64,000 bases of DNA. Source: a virus. Below, piece by piece: positions 54,213-64,000 of the stretch. The position numbers were made by a program, and so were the translations under genes. The stretch covers positions 31,849-95,848 of the IMG/VR virus record IMGVR_UViG_3300032308_001684; one strand, written 5' to 3'. Numbering within the stretch: position 1 is the first letter of the stretch; every line of letters starts with the position of its first letter. Under the pieces are notes generated by a model. The model was not told the origin of the DNA. It saw only the letters and a list, made by a program, of their open reading frames with translations, and did not search any database.

Positions 54213-55163
54213 TTACTTATTGTACCAGTTCCACCCATGCGTGATTATCTCTTCAATATCATATTGAGGTATCCAACCTGTGAGATTATTAAACTTGTCT
54301 GCACTGGCAGTGAGCACAGCCGGGTCTCCGCTTCTTGCTGGTCCGGTAATCAAATTGACTTTTTTACCAGTGACTTTTTCAGCTAATGTTACAATTTCTT
54401 TATTACTGTGTCCTGTATTAGTACCAAGATTGTAAACACCGCTGGGAACAGAAGAATCTATTGCCATGACATGCGCTCTTGCAATATCGTCGACATGAAT
54501 GTAATCACGAACACACGTTCCATCATCAGTGGGGTAGTCAGTGCCATATAGTGTAAAGTTTGTGCCGTTTTTGATACTTTCTAATACTCGAGCAATAATG
54601 TGTGTTGCTCCTGCTGGTTGACCGTGTCGAGCTTGACTGTCTGCACCACATGCATTGAAGTAACGAAATGACACAAAATCTAGATCATATGCACGTTGAT
54701 AACTTTGCAACATCCAGTCAACCATGAGCTTGCTTTGACCATACGGACTGATAGGATCAGCGGGATCAACTTCGTTTACCGGAGTCATTACAGGATTGCC
54801 ATATGTTGCGGCACTGCTACTAAAAATTATTCTAATGTTGGTCAGCTTGTGTTTAACAATATAGTCCAGCATGATCTTGGTCTTGACAAAGTTGTTGTCG
54901 TAGTATTCTTCTGGATTGGCTATGCTGGGCCCTACAAGACTGGTGCCAGCACAGTGAATAATTGCATCTGGGTTGAATTTTTTTATTGATTCAAGTGCAA
55001 CTTCCCCACTAAAATCTCCTGTACACCAGGTAGCGCCAGACTCTAGTAGAAGTTCTTCAGGCACAGTACGATCAATGGCATATACACTGTGTCCGGCATC
55101 TAATAATTTAAGAACTGTTTCTCCGCCAATGTAGCCGGCACCTCCGGTTACTATTACTCTCAT
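54213..55163 (-). CDS. galE: UDP-glucose 4-epimerase
   Basis: TGGAGYIG, FSSSAATYG, PYGQSK, RYFN, DGTCVRDYIHV. Confidence 0.88.
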   Translation of the reverse strand: MRVIVTGGAGYIGGETVLKLLDAGHSVYAIDRTVPEELLLESGATWCTGDFSGEVALESIKKFNPDAIIHCAGTSLVGPSIANPEEYYDNNFVKTKIMLDYIVKHKLTNIRIIFSSSAATYGNPVMTPVNEVDPADPISPYGQSKLMVDWMLQSYQRAYDLDFVSFRYFNACGADSQARHGQPAGATHIIARVLESIKNGTNFTLYGTDYPTDDGTCVRDYIHVDDIARAHVMAIDSSVPSGVYNLGTNTGHSNKEIVTLAEKVTGKKVNLITGPARSGDPAVLTASADKFNNLTGWIPQYDIEEIITHGWNWYNK

Positions 55164-56359
55164 TGTTCAATTTTCCTTACAGCGTACTTGGCATGAGCAA
55201 CATGGTCTCGATACCGAGCACCTGTACGCAACCATTGTTCGCCATTGCCTTGAAGAATATCAACCACACGATCCACAGTACTGTTGTTCCAGTCTGAGAT
55301 CAAGCCCATGTTGTGATGTGGTTTTTCTAACAACAAAGCCAACTTGTTAAATGGGTCGTCTTCGCTCCAGGGTATGTAAAGACGATCTGGATCGTTGGCA
55401 AAAGTTTCTGGAAACGATCGATACGCAGGATACAGAACATTACAACCAAGAGTGTCAGCTTCACTTACTGTATTAGATACCCAGTCTTGTAGCGCACAGT
55501 TGAACAGCACACGGCTATCGTTGACAAGAGCATAGTATTCGTTCTTTGAAAGATTTTCAAAGATTTGCAATGTACCTTCGTCACTCATCTTGCGAGCACG
55601 TTTAACAAAGTCAGGATTGTTTGAGCGTAACGGTCCTCCAGAGAACACAGCAAAACTCACGTCCTTGTAAACCTTTTGATACTCTTCAGCTAGATCCATA
55701 AAGAAGCCAGGTTGTTTTTCTTGGTCAAAGCGAGCGGCAAAGCCCACACGCTTTTGTCTTTGTTCAAACGGTTTAATTTTATCCGCACCGCCGATGCGTT
55801 CTAATACTTCTTCTTTGCCAAATGCCAGTCCTGAAATATTATAGATCGGAGCAGTCCATCCAGCAATACGCATGTGAGCTACCATCTCTTCGTTTGTGGC
55901 CAACACTCCGGTTACAAAGCAGTTGACCATCTTTTCATACGTCGACATCCACTCTGCCATGCCCCAGACATGAACAAAGTCATCAGGATCAATGGCTTGA
56001 GCAAGACAACGAACATAAATGCGAGGACGCTGAGCAGGATCCACTTGATCGAGAATATAAGGTAAGCTCTCGATACCAGGCTGAAACATGTCTTCAAAGT
56101 ATATAACATCTTCATTTGTGACCTTTCCATTGCGCATCATCTGAACCAAGTTCATCATTTGACTCATACTAAAGTAACTGCGACCGTGTGCATCTAATAC
56201 TTGTCCTACACTGATACTCTGTGTGTTGTCAATGGTATTGCCGGGCACATACACCACATCTAAGCCACGGCGATCAAACACACGACGATTCCACTCTGTG
56301 AGTTGTAGTGTGTATCGGGCTTCATAACTTTCTAGCCCCATGTAAAATAGTTTTCTCAT
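55160..56359 (-). CDS. GT-B fold glycosyltransferase
   Basis: ARFDQEKQP, ALQDWVSNTVSEA, YRSFPE. Confidence 0.7.
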   Translation of the reverse strand: MRKLFYMGLESYEARYTLQLTEWNRRVFDRRGLDVVYVPGNTIDNTQSISVGQVLDAHGRSYFSMSQMMNLVQMMRNGKVTNEDVIYFEDMFQPGIESLPYILDQVDPAQRPRIYVRCLAQAIDPDDFVHVWGMAEWMSTYEKMVNCFVTGVLATNEEMVAHMRIAGWTAPIYNISGLAFGKEEVLERIGGADKIKPFEQRQKRVGFAARFDQEKQPGFFMDLAEEYQKVYKDVSFAVFSGGPLRSNNPDFVKRARKMSDEGTLQIFENLSKNEYYALVNDSRVLFNCALQDWVSNTVSEADTLGCNVLYPAYRSFPETFANDPDRLYIPWSEDDPFNKLALLLEKPHHNMGLISDWNNSTVDRVVDILQGNGEQWLRTGARYRDHVAHAKYAVRKIEQ

Positions 56360-57021
56360 TGGTTTCCTTCGGGTATTATTATCAAACTAAAAGTAATACT
56401 ATCTTTTGGTATACAGGTATTTCGACGAAACGCATGTACAGTTTCTATATTATAATAGTCATAGTGGTCTGTGTCAAGTGGTTGCTCCCACCGATACATG
56501 TTACCTATACCATTTTTATCTGTGTTGACTGAGTAGTTTGCAGGCGGCATACCTGCAAAACTAAACCAATTGGGCGACCAATCTAAATGATACGCAGTGG
56601 TCATCATTTGCCACCCCTTGGTCAGTCGAGCTCGCCATGGCCAAAATATTACGGTAAGATCCCAAACATGTTTGCCATTAGCGTCTTTTTCATTCCACAT
56701 TGTGCCATACAGCATTTCTGGTACTACTATCCGGCGGCTGATTACATTTTGTTCTGAAGTGATATCCAGTGGCAGAGGAATGGTCCAACCTACGTTGCGT
56801 AGACCTTGTAATCCTTTGCAATACCTGGAGGTATGATTGTATCTCCAACTGTCATCTCTATAGGTAGAAAGATCACCTTTGAGATCTCGATACCATTGCG
56901 GTACAAAATCTCGTATAGGCTGTGGAGGCCCACAGTCAAAGTCCTGGAGAAAACTATCTACTCGAGCTGATTCCCAAGTTAAGTTTTCTGAAACCCTGAT
57001 TTCTGCGGGCTGATCTTTCAT
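56356..57021 (-). CDS. hypothetical protein
   Basis: 221 aa, P.WY...C.G...GW.IP. Confidence 0.6.
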   Translation of the reverse strand: MKDQPAEIRVSENLTWESARVDSFLQDFDCGPPQPIRDFVPQWYRDLKGDLSTYRDDSWRYNHTSRYCKGLQGLRNVGWTIPLPLDITSEQNVISRRIVVPEMLYGTMWNEKDANGKHVWDLTVIFWPWRARLTKGWQMMTTAYHLDWSPNWFSFAGMPPANYSVNTDKNGIGNMYRWEQPLDTDHYDYYNIETVHAFRRNTCIPKDSITFSLIIIPEGNQ

Positions 57022-57024
57022 TGG

Positions 57025-57297
57025 TTAAAACGGGCGTGGGCTTCTGTAAGGCTTACGTTCGTCACGTTTGAAGTCTGGACGATAGCCAGCAAATCTGCGG
57101 GTGTCTTCAAACCACATATTTTTAGGATCTTTTCCTGCTTCCAGCTTGCGGAACTGTTGAAACGGATAAGACTTGTTGTTGTAGAGATCTGCTGGATCAT
57201 AGCGATAGCCATAGTCCACACAGAAGTTGAGATACCGATCAAGGTCTTCCCAGACTTGGCGGCTACGAGGATTGGGTTTGAACAAGGTACGACCCAT
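57025..57297 (-). CDS. hypothetical phage protein
   Basis: AAGGA RBS; FCVDYGYRY. Confidence 0.65.
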   Translation of the reverse strand: MGRTLFKPNPRSRQVWEDLDRYLNFCVDYGYRYDPADLYNNKSYPFQQFRKLEAGKDPKNMWFEDTRRFAGYRPDFKRDERKPYRSPRPF

Positions 57298-57308
57298 GTT
57301 GATTTCCT

Positions 57309-57785
57309 TTAAATAACAATTGAAAGATTAGGACGGTGAGTATTATATTCAATGAGGCAGCCGTTCTCACCATCTTCGGCTACATCAATCCACACAGCAC
57401 GACCAGGATAGCGGTCTGCTATTTGTAGATACAGATCGTCTGCGATCATCTCGCAACTTTTCCAGTCAAGTTCTAAAACGGAACTCTCACCGTTATACAA
57501 CGACTCGAGCCATCGCTTGAACTGAATGAACTCAATGTCCCGGTCATTGTGGAACACATCGATCCACACCCGGAAATGAAAAATGTGCCTATGAGGACTA
57601 GCAAGAAACGATACATCATATTCTCCCGCGGTGCATAATGCTGGGTCTGTTGCCGCCGCTGGATATTTATGGATGCCTTCCTTGCGGAATGTTACCCAGA
57701 TCTTGCGTTCGGCACTTTGCATGATTCGGTCTATGGTTTCACGTTCACTGGCAATCATTCTGCGTTCCTCATTTCGTTGATCCAC
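57309..57785 (-). CDS. second QueD-like T-fold protein
   Basis: GIH, PHRHIFHF, DIEFIQFKR, SCEMIA, EDGENG. Confidence 0.6.
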   Translation of the reverse strand: MDQRNEERRMIASERETIDRIMQSAERKIWVTFRKEGIHKYPAAATDPALCTAGEYDVSFLASPHRHIFHFRVWIDVFHNDRDIEFIQFKRWLESLYNGESSVLELDWKSCEMIADDLYLQIADRYPGRAVWIDVAEDGENGCLIEYNTHRPNLSIVI

Positions 57786-57982
57786 TCATCTACACGAGTT
57801 TCGGCTTCGTCTTGACTCATAGCCGGTACTGTGATACAATATGGTGTACCCAGTCTATGACTGACATCATAGCGTATGGTTCCATTTAGGATCATATCGT
57901 TTTCATCACGCAACACAGTAAACTCCTGCAAGTTTTGAGCACGATAAATTGCTTGTTCTGCTATTTCTTTAACACTGTTCAT
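57755..57982 (-). CDS. hypothetical phage protein
   Basis: Packed ORF. Confidence 0.55.
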   Translation of the reverse strand: MNSVKEIAEQAIYRAQNLQEFTVLRDENDMILNGTIRYDVSHRLGTPYCITVPAMSQDEAETRVDEWINEMRNAE

Positions 57983-58494
57983 TTAGAGTCCTCAGTTGGA
58001 AAAGGCCAATCGGTTGATAGAGTCAATGGTGTGGGTGCTACATTTTCTTCTATAATTTCATTATATGCTTCTTCGTTAACAAGGTCAATCTTTATAGGAC
58101 CTAAAACGGCAACATGCTCATCTTCAATTTCCCAGTTGTGGTCGCCGTCATACAACCAAGCAGTACCGCAACGACCGTCTTCGTCTTCTTGTTCCCAACG
58201 CAAGATGGCTTCAATTTGTTCTTTTTCTTCTTCAGTGAAGCCGTCACTGAAGTTTACATACACAGCACACAAGTCATCCAATTCGCAACCCCAGCCAATG
58301 CCCGGCCGACAATGTACACGATCCATTTCCATATCCATCACAGGTTCGTCTAGTTCGCGGAATGCTTGCCCCCAACGCCATGTTTCCGTGACATCAAATC
58401 CACGGATGCTACCGTCGGGCATGCGTTCAAACACATCAACAAAATATTCCATTGACTTCTTTTCCAAGGGTGTAATGCGATATAGTTGTGCCAT
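57979..58494 (-). CDS. acidic hypothetical protein
   Basis: Start MAQLYRI right after the upstream stop. Confidence 0.65.
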   Translation of the reverse strand: MAQLYRITPLEKKSMEYFVDVFERMPDGSIRGFDVTETWRWGQAFRELDEPVMDMEMDRVHCRPGIGWGCELDDLCAVYVNFSDGFTEEEKEQIEAILRWEQEDEDGRCGTAWLYDGDHNWEIEDEHVAVLGPIKIDLVNEEAYNEIIEENVAPTPLTLSTDWPFPTEDSK

Positions 58495-58495
58495 T

Positions 58496-59008
58496 TTACA
58501 GTATCTCGTCTTGAGTGTATTTAGACCAGTCAGTGAACGCTGAACGTTTTTGTAACGCATGCAGACTATGGCACCACACTCCAGGATTGGTGGCTTTGAA
58601 ATCCTTGTCATCAATCTTGAGTGTGGCATTGTAACCAAACTGTTGTATGTAAGGTAGTTTGACACTGATCATTGGAATAAAGTTATGGTATTCGACCAAC
58701 ATACTTTCCAACAGGCCTTCTGCTTGATTGACGTCAATGTCCAGAGTGCAAAGACAGTCAGCATCCAAACACGGGCGAATCATACCTTCCCACGTTCTCC
58801 AACCTTCGCCGTCATTGGTGTCTAGCTTTGGAAAACTCTGGTTGGCTCCAAAATAAATATGTGTACATGAGTTGGCCAGTGCCATGTCCATCACAGTGTC
58901 GGCATCATGTACTCCCACCACAAACAAAGTTTTTTGTCCATACGCAGGAGAATGTTCAACTTCTGTGCCCACAAAGAAGTTTACTGTTTCGTGTCCAGGT
59001 CTATCCAT
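58496..59008 (-). CDS. hypothetical protein next to the TGT-like gene
   Basis: F.G.EVE...TLFV...HIYFGAN...IDD..F.A.NPGVW. Confidence 0.7.
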   Translation of the reverse strand: MDRPGHETVNFFVGTEVEHSPAYGQKTLFVVGVHDADTVMDMALANSCTHIYFGANQSFPKLDTNDGEGWRTWEGMIRPCLDADCLCTLDIDVNQAEGLLESMLVEYHNFIPMISVKLPYIQQFGYNATLKIDDKDFKATNPGVWCHSLHALQKRSAFTDWSKYTQDEIL

Positions 59009-59016
59009 TTTTATTC

Positions 59017-60552
59017 CTATGCGGTTTGAGTTTCCAGTGCATCCAACAAGGTTTCGTCAAATTCTTCTGCAACAATTTCTTCATCACCTACATCAAACAA
59101 ATTGTTGTATTGAGTGTGTGCATTGGTAGTTTTTTTACCAGTGAATCCTCGGGTACCAATGATCTGATCCCAAAACTTTGTGTTGCTGTCAATGATAGCC
59201 AAACTCTTTGCTCGATCCTGTTGTTTAAAAATAGTGTCAACTAAGTCTCTAAAGTATACACGATCAAAGGTTTCTTGTACAAGCATTCCGGGCACTAATC
59301 CTTGATCATATCTCCGATTTGCCTCTTGTACTGCCCGAATATGGTGCCAAACATTGTGACCCATCATTAGAGCATAGGAAAAAGAGTCCCAAGAGGTCTT
59401 TCCTTCTTTGCCAATCTTGTTCAAATCACCGGGTTTGTAAATGCACACATCCTTGATCAGCATTCTAGAAGAGATTGGCGAATCTTCAAATATGTCGTGT
59501 ATATGATCCTGTAGTACAGCATCACGGAATGTGCGAGTGTCTGTGGCATACTTTTTATTGTCTGCTGTGGGGCTCATCATGTAACTCCACTTGCCACGAT
59601 CCTCAGTTCTCAATTGAGTATAGATTTGTCCATTGGCAGTGGCTAGGAACGGTGACGCACAGTCAAACGAAATAGTAAAATTGGCATTGTGATAGTGTCG
59701 TATAGCACGTTGCACATCAGTGAGCAAACAGGCCCACTCTAGTTTTGATGTGCCCAGGAAGTGCATCCAATCATGCACACCTTTCTCTAATAGCCCATCA
59801 TGAATCAAGTGCACCAGGCGACGTAGCACCAGATGTACATCACACATGTTCTGTCCACCCATGCCCCAGCCATTGAAGTGACGATCTGGATATTTGTTAG
59901 GGTCTGAATAGTGTTTCATCAAGTCATACCAATGGTCAGCTTCGGCATGATTACCACCTTGCAGTACGTTTAGTATTTTGGTATCACCATAACGATTGGC
60001 AATCCAAAACTCGTTGTTGTATTGTGTGGCACTGACTGCATCTTCGTAGCTATGAATGCCCGATGCCTTGGCTGCCACTGGATCTCGAAACGTCCATGTG
60101 GGTATGTCCATGGTCATACCGTGTGTGGCAATGCCCATCTGCCATTTGAGAACTTTTTCTCTTTGCTGTTCAGATTTTTTATCTGTGGGATCTGCCCAAC
60201 GTCCAGGCCATACACCCTTGGCAATCTGGAATCCACCTGAGTCTGCCAGCATGATGGTGTTGGGGTCTCTATTACGAACCATGTCTTCTTTGGCATCAAA
60301 CTTGTTTAAATCCAAGTTGGCATGTCCTGCAGAGTACAGACTCCAGCGGTAAGGAAACAACGACTTGGTAGAATTCAACCAATTCATACCTTCCATGTCG
60401 CCAATGCCCGACGGAAGTCGTCCTGCGTCAAGTCCTACGTTGTGTCGTTCGCGACCAATGTATCCAGCGTAGAAACTGCTGATGGCTGGAAGAAACACAG
60501 CATAGTCGCTTTGTTGTGCTGTTAAATTGTCTTGTACTAGTTCTCGGTCCAT
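59017..60552 (-). CDS. tRNA-guanine transglycosylase-like (TGT/DpdA superfamily) protein
   Basis: LADSGGFQ, MDIP, VLQG, HFLG, FDCASP, HN. Confidence 0.8.
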   Translation of the reverse strand: MDRELVQDNLTAQQSDYAVFLPAISSFYAGYIGRERHNVGLDAGRLPSGIGDMEGMNWLNSTKSLFPYRWSLYSAGHANLDLNKFDAKEDMVRNRDPNTIMLADSGGFQIAKGVWPGRWADPTDKKSEQQREKVLKWQMGIATHGMTMDIPTWTFRDPVAAKASGIHSYEDAVSATQYNNEFWIANRYGDTKILNVLQGGNHAEADHWYDLMKHYSDPNKYPDRHFNGWGMGGQNMCDVHLVLRRLVHLIHDGLLEKGVHDWMHFLGTSKLEWACLLTDVQRAIRHYHNANFTISFDCASPFLATANGQIYTQLRTEDRGKWSYMMSPTADNKKYATDTRTFRDAVLQDHIHDIFEDSPISSRMLIKDVCIYKPGDLNKIGKEGKTSWDSFSYALMMGHNVWHHIRAVQEANRRYDQGLVPGMLVQETFDRVYFRDLVDTIFKQQDRAKSLAIIDSNTKFWDQIIGTRGFTGKKTTNAHTQYNNLFDVGDEEIVAEEFDETLLDALETQTA

Positions 60553-61175
60553 TTATGATTCTTTGCTCGTGTTATCAATCTGTATCCACCGTTGTCTATG
60601 GGAGCCCATACAAAGAAATCATCATGTATTTCTTGAGTAGTTGGTGGTCTTTTGTCTTCAGTTTGTATGCTCCAGTCAGGAAAGATATGAAATCTATGGT
60701 TGGGTATTTCTACCAATTTGTCCACGCCCAACGGTCCGTAATGTATGCATTTTCCCCAGGCACTTCCAAGTATGATCCAATCCTGTATTTCTGGCCAATA
60801 ATAATGTCCTTGATGTATGAATGTTTCTCTTCTACTTAGATGCACAGTGGTGTGGTCAAACAATTTTTCATGCACCAGCTGATTGCTACGACAACTTCCG
60901 GCACTTTTAATCAAATCAAGCATGACATTGTCATTGACCTGAGAACTGATGGTGTCGGCTGCCCAATGATAGTTCTTTAGTGTATTGTACACACTCTTGT
61001 CAGCATAGTCAATCACTAAATCGGTTGTGCAATTTACCACGCCAGCAATGGAATACTGAGACAACTGTGCAAGAGCATTTTCGTAAAATTCGTTGTTGAC
61101 ATTGTCTTGCCAAATGTCAATACAAAGTACCCCCCAATGGGGAGGTGCAGTGTATCTTACAACGTCTCTGATCAC
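60537..61175 (-). CDS. hypothetical protein, isochorismatase-like fold possible
   Basis: IDIW...G.AW..C.H.GPLG. Confidence 0.5.
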   Translation of the reverse strand: MIRDVVRYTAPPHWGVLCIDIWQDNVNNEFYENALAQLSQYSIAGVVNCTTDLVIDYADKSVYNTLKNYHWAADTISSQVNDNVMLDLIKSAGSCRSNQLVHEKLFDHTTVHLSRRETFIHQGHYYWPEIQDWIILGSAWGKCIHYGPLGVDKLVEIPNHRFHIFPDWSIQTEDKRPPTTQEIHDDFFVWAPIDNGGYRLITRAKNHKWTEN

Positions 61176-61915
61176 TTGGTCAGGGCTGGCAAAATGTATT
61201 CATATACAGCTATGCCAGAATCCACTGTAATCTTAGCGGCTCCATCATCACTGATGCGAACAGTTTTGTCCCCAGTTAGATTCATAATAGCAATAAACTG
61301 CGACACTGGCCACAACCATGAACGTGAAAGTTTACCTGTTGTGCCTGGGTGAAACACAAAGTTACCGGCATGAGTTGAATGATCACCAAAATAAAACTTG
61401 AGATCACCATTTTCAGTTTTGGCCATAAAGTTAGGTTCTTCAGCATTGGCCTGCGCCTGCATCTTGAGGCGTTGAATGGCAGCCACTGTGGGTTCAAATT
61501 CCACGTGCCATGTCAGCGGTTTCATCTTGGCAGTCTTGAGTTTGTCGTTGACAATTTCAGACACCATGAAACGATAATCATTTTTAAAGTCGCCAGTTTT
61601 GTTTTCAAAGTGCAATCCTACTGGCGAGTCAACTCCGTTGCGATTTTGACTAGTCACAGTAATCTGTGCATCTTCTTTGTATTCCTGTAGGTTCAGCAAG
61701 ATTTTCAACTTGCTCAAGTTTGGCATGCCAAATGTGCCAATGAATTCTGCCACAGGGGTAGCAAACTTTGCCTGTAATACCACGCTTTTGTTTTCGGCCA
61801 AGCCGTCCACTGTGGTCTCTTTGTCTGTGCCTGTTACCTTGATCAAGTCAATGCAACCAAGGTCGTAACTGTGTTCTACTAAATCCAGTAAATAATCTCT
61901 CATCGTTTTCTCCAT
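61172..61915 (-). CDS. putative DNA polymerase sliding clamp
   Basis: 247 aa beta-rich protein ending YEYILPA, downstream of the polymerase. Confidence 0.55.
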   Translation of the reverse strand: MEKTMRDYLLDLVEHSYDLGCIDLIKVTGTDKETTVDGLAENKSVVLQAKFATPVAEFIGTFGMPNLSKLKILLNLQEYKEDAQITVTSQNRNGVDSPVGLHFENKTGDFKNDYRFMVSEIVNDKLKTAKMKPLTWHVEFEPTVAAIQRLKMQAQANAEEPNFMAKTENGDLKFYFGDHSTHAGNFVFHPGTTGKLSRSWLWPVSQFIAIMNLTGDKTVRISDDGAAKITVDSGIAVYEYILPALTK

Positions 61916-62860
61916 TTAAATGTTTTGTATTCTGCCCAATGCTTGCCCGCCACGCAAACTGGTTCTTGTTCCTGGTCTCTGTATCTCTAACCAACTCACG
62001 TTGTTTTCAAGATCAAAACTAGCGGCTACTTTAAATCCCATACGTTCGCACATGGCTTTGATTTCTCGGCCCGGTGTATAACAATAATAGGAATTCTCAA
62101 AATTGTCAACCCCAATTGGGTAATCGCAATTATTATAGGTAAAAATTGCCACACCCCCGGGTCTCAGCAAGTTAAAAATTTCTTCAAGATAGCGTTTTAT
62201 AAGTTCCAGTGGCCTAAAGTTAAAAAAATCCACTGCTACCACAATACCAAACTGCATGGCCGGCAACTGATGCAGTATTCGCTTGTCTGTTTCGTTCACC
62301 GAATAATATCGTAACCGTTGTTGATACTCAGGTGTCCATTTTTGTTTGACATATTTAAACATGTCCCGGTGTGTGTCAACAAGGTACAATGGATCACATG
62401 CTACCAAACTATCAGTTATTTCTCCGTGGCATGGTCTTATTTCCAAGGCAGGCCATTTCCAACTAGAGTGCATGAGCACTCGACTATTGAAGAATTCTCG
62501 AGTGTCTTCTTGGTACAACAATTTTTTAAAATTGTGTCGATCCAGTACATAGTCAGCTGGATCATTGAGACCTTCTTGATAAATGGTTCGACTTTTTTCG
62601 TAGTAAGGAGATTCTATGCCAGTTACAAATTCTTGTAGACGTTGTTTGAATGTCACAAGATCTGTGTTGATTTCTTGCAATTTTTCGAGCACTAATTCTT
62701 TGTTGACATCAATCTTGTGTTTGAGATTGTCAAAATCTATGTTTTGAATATTCAGATCAGTGCTGACATGCGTGAGCAAGGTCTCGATTTCGTCATGTAC
62801 ATGGTTCACAGTCAGGCCGTCGACCATGTGCTTATAAGTGATCAGTCTACTGAGTTTCAT
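61916..62860 (-). CDS. class I methyltransferase-like protein
   Basis: ALEIRP..G, LLRPGG. Confidence 0.6.
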   Translation of the reverse strand: MKLSRLITYKHMVDGLTVNHVHDEIETLLTHVSTDLNIQNIDFDNLKHKIDVNKELVLEKLQEINTDLVTFKQRLQEFVTGIESPYYEKSRTIYQEGLNDPADYVLDRHNFKKLLYQEDTREFFNSRVLMHSSWKWPALEIRPCHGEITDSLVACDPLYLVDTHRDMFKYVKQKWTPEYQQRLRYYSVNETDKRILHQLPAMQFGIVVAVDFFNFRPLELIKRYLEEIFNLLRPGGVAIFTYNNCDYPIGVDNFENSYYCYTPGREIKAMCERMGFKVAASFDLENNVSWLEIQRPGTRTSLRGGQALGRIQNI

Positions 62861-64000
62861 TCGAAATCAAACAGTGATTGAAACGTGTTGGCAGTGTTGG
62901 TAGCTGATTTTAAGTCCCAAGACAGCACTCCCAGCAAGTTATCTATTTTTTGATCCACCACAGTGGCTTCCATTTCTGCATCATCAAACGGCAATTCCTT
63001 GAACCATTGAGGTAGATGCATTTCATCTGTGGGATACCCAATTGATGTCCATCCCAGTGCATTGGGCTTGAGTTTGCAAACAATGGTTTTCATGCCATCG
63101 ACCACTTGCATGGAATAGTTGTCTGCGTTCATTCTTCGCAGATTGTTCCAGTTCAGTGCGGCTCGCACATGCCCGGGCATGTTGGCTTTGCCCTCTCGTT
63201 CTTCCTTCTTTTGATACGTGGTCAAGTTGTTGACACGCTTGGGACTACCTTTCTCCCAACCTGGCCTCTCTGTAAATTCGTACTTGAACTTTCTAATGAT
63301 TTCAACAATTTCTTCTTTATCTGCACCATTGAGCACACGTTCCAGCAAGTTCCACAAAAAGTCTTGAATAACCTTGGGTGTATCTGAACGTTTGAGATCC
63401 AGGCCCATGGCCTTGATGGATCCTGTTTTGCCGTCAACGTCTTTGCGTTTGCCTTCTTTGTCATAGATGTTTACTGCGTAGCGTTTTTTGGTAATGAACA
63501 AACTGCGTCCAGCCACCAACTCTCGACCACCTTTGATAATCTCGCCCATTTCTCTAGGACAATGAAATGCTCGTTCCATGAATCCTGGAAAACTTTGATT
63601 GACCTGGTCAGCAATGCTGTCATACAGTTGAACACATATTTCTTTGGACCACTCCATGCGTCCTTCTTCTACTTCTTTCTTTAGTACTGGCCAGGCCGAA
63701 AAGTAAACAGAGTCTGTGTCACCGTAGATAATGGCATCGCCCACATGGTCATACTTGCCAGTGATGCATTCGTTGACAAATGCATCCATATGGAAAGCAA
63801 TGGCTCGACCTGTGAGTGTGGTTGACTGTCCGATACGCTTGTCAAAGAATCTGCAACCAGGATTCAAAATAGCACCATACAAGCTGTTCAAGTTAATTTT
63901 CTTGACCAGTTGTCGCTTGTCCCAGAACTCCTGATCTTGCTTAGTAGTAGCTTCCTTCAAATTGGCCTGTAGTTCCTTGCGCTCTCTATACCATCGATCC
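62857..64000 (-). CDS. family B DNA polymerase, C-terminal part (truncated by the window edge)
   Basis: KINLNSLYG, YGDTDS, KKRY, MGL..KRSDTP. Confidence 0.95.
   Translation of the reverse strand, partial: DRWYRERKELQANLKEATTKQDQEFWDKRQLVKKINLNSLYGAILNPGCRFFDKRIGQSTTLTGRAIAFHMDAFVNECITGKYDHVGDAIIYGDTDSVYFSAWPVLKKEVEEGRMEWSKEICVQLYDSIADQVNQSFPGFMERAFHCPREMGEIIKGGRELVAGRSLFITKKRYAVNIYDKEGKRKDVDGKTGSIKAMGLDLKRSDTPKVIQDFLWNLLERVLNGADKEEIVEIIRKFKYEFTERPGWEKGSPKRVNNLTTYQKKEEREGKANMPGHVRAALNWNNLRRMNADNYSMQVVDGMKTIVCKLKPNALGWTSIGYPTDEMHLPQWFKELPFDDAEMEATVVDQKIDNLLGVLSWDLKSATNTANTFQSLFDFE

Noticed and set aside
200-63934. Most short plus-strand ORFs
   Set aside because: They are antisense to well-supported minus-strand genes; only 13343-14242 and 34395-35378 occupy their own space.
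1-64000. Stop-codon reassignment
   Set aside because: Conserved genes are intact in code 11, TAA, TAG and TGA all end genes, and there is no CTA, TTA or TCA anticodon suppressor tRNA.
1-64000. CRISPR array, rRNA, transposase or integrase
   Set aside because: No regularly spaced repeats or recognisable motifs seen.

Overview
A 64 kb segment of a large dsDNA bacteriophage (T4-like/'huge phage' type), almost entirely encoded on the minus strand in the standard code. A betaproteobacterial host is suggested by the porin, Bug/TctC proteins and the tmRNA tag ANDEVYALAA. The window contains: a MoxR/VWA pair; host-like transport modules (porin-TctA-TctC, TctC-DctP); an RNA polymerase omega subunit and a TraR-like protein; 28 tRNA genes covering all 20 amino acids; a circularly permuted two-piece tmRNA; several unexplained structured-RNA blocks; ADP-heptose, ahpCD and plcP-agt auxiliary genes; a run of small early genes; a 7-deazaguanine plus sugar-modification cluster (queE, queD x2, folE, TGT-like); and replication genes (RNase H-like exonuclease, sliding clamp, family B polymerase). 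The most striking signal sits at the head of the tRNA operon (18533-18750). An insulated sigma70 promoter drives an apparently leaderless 38-codon peptide that contains all 20 amino acids (32 different sense codons). Its last codons form an antiterminator that competes with an intrinsic terminator. This looks like an attenuator that turns on the phage tRNA array when almost any tRNA becomes limiting. All calls come from reading the sequence by eye; no searches were run.
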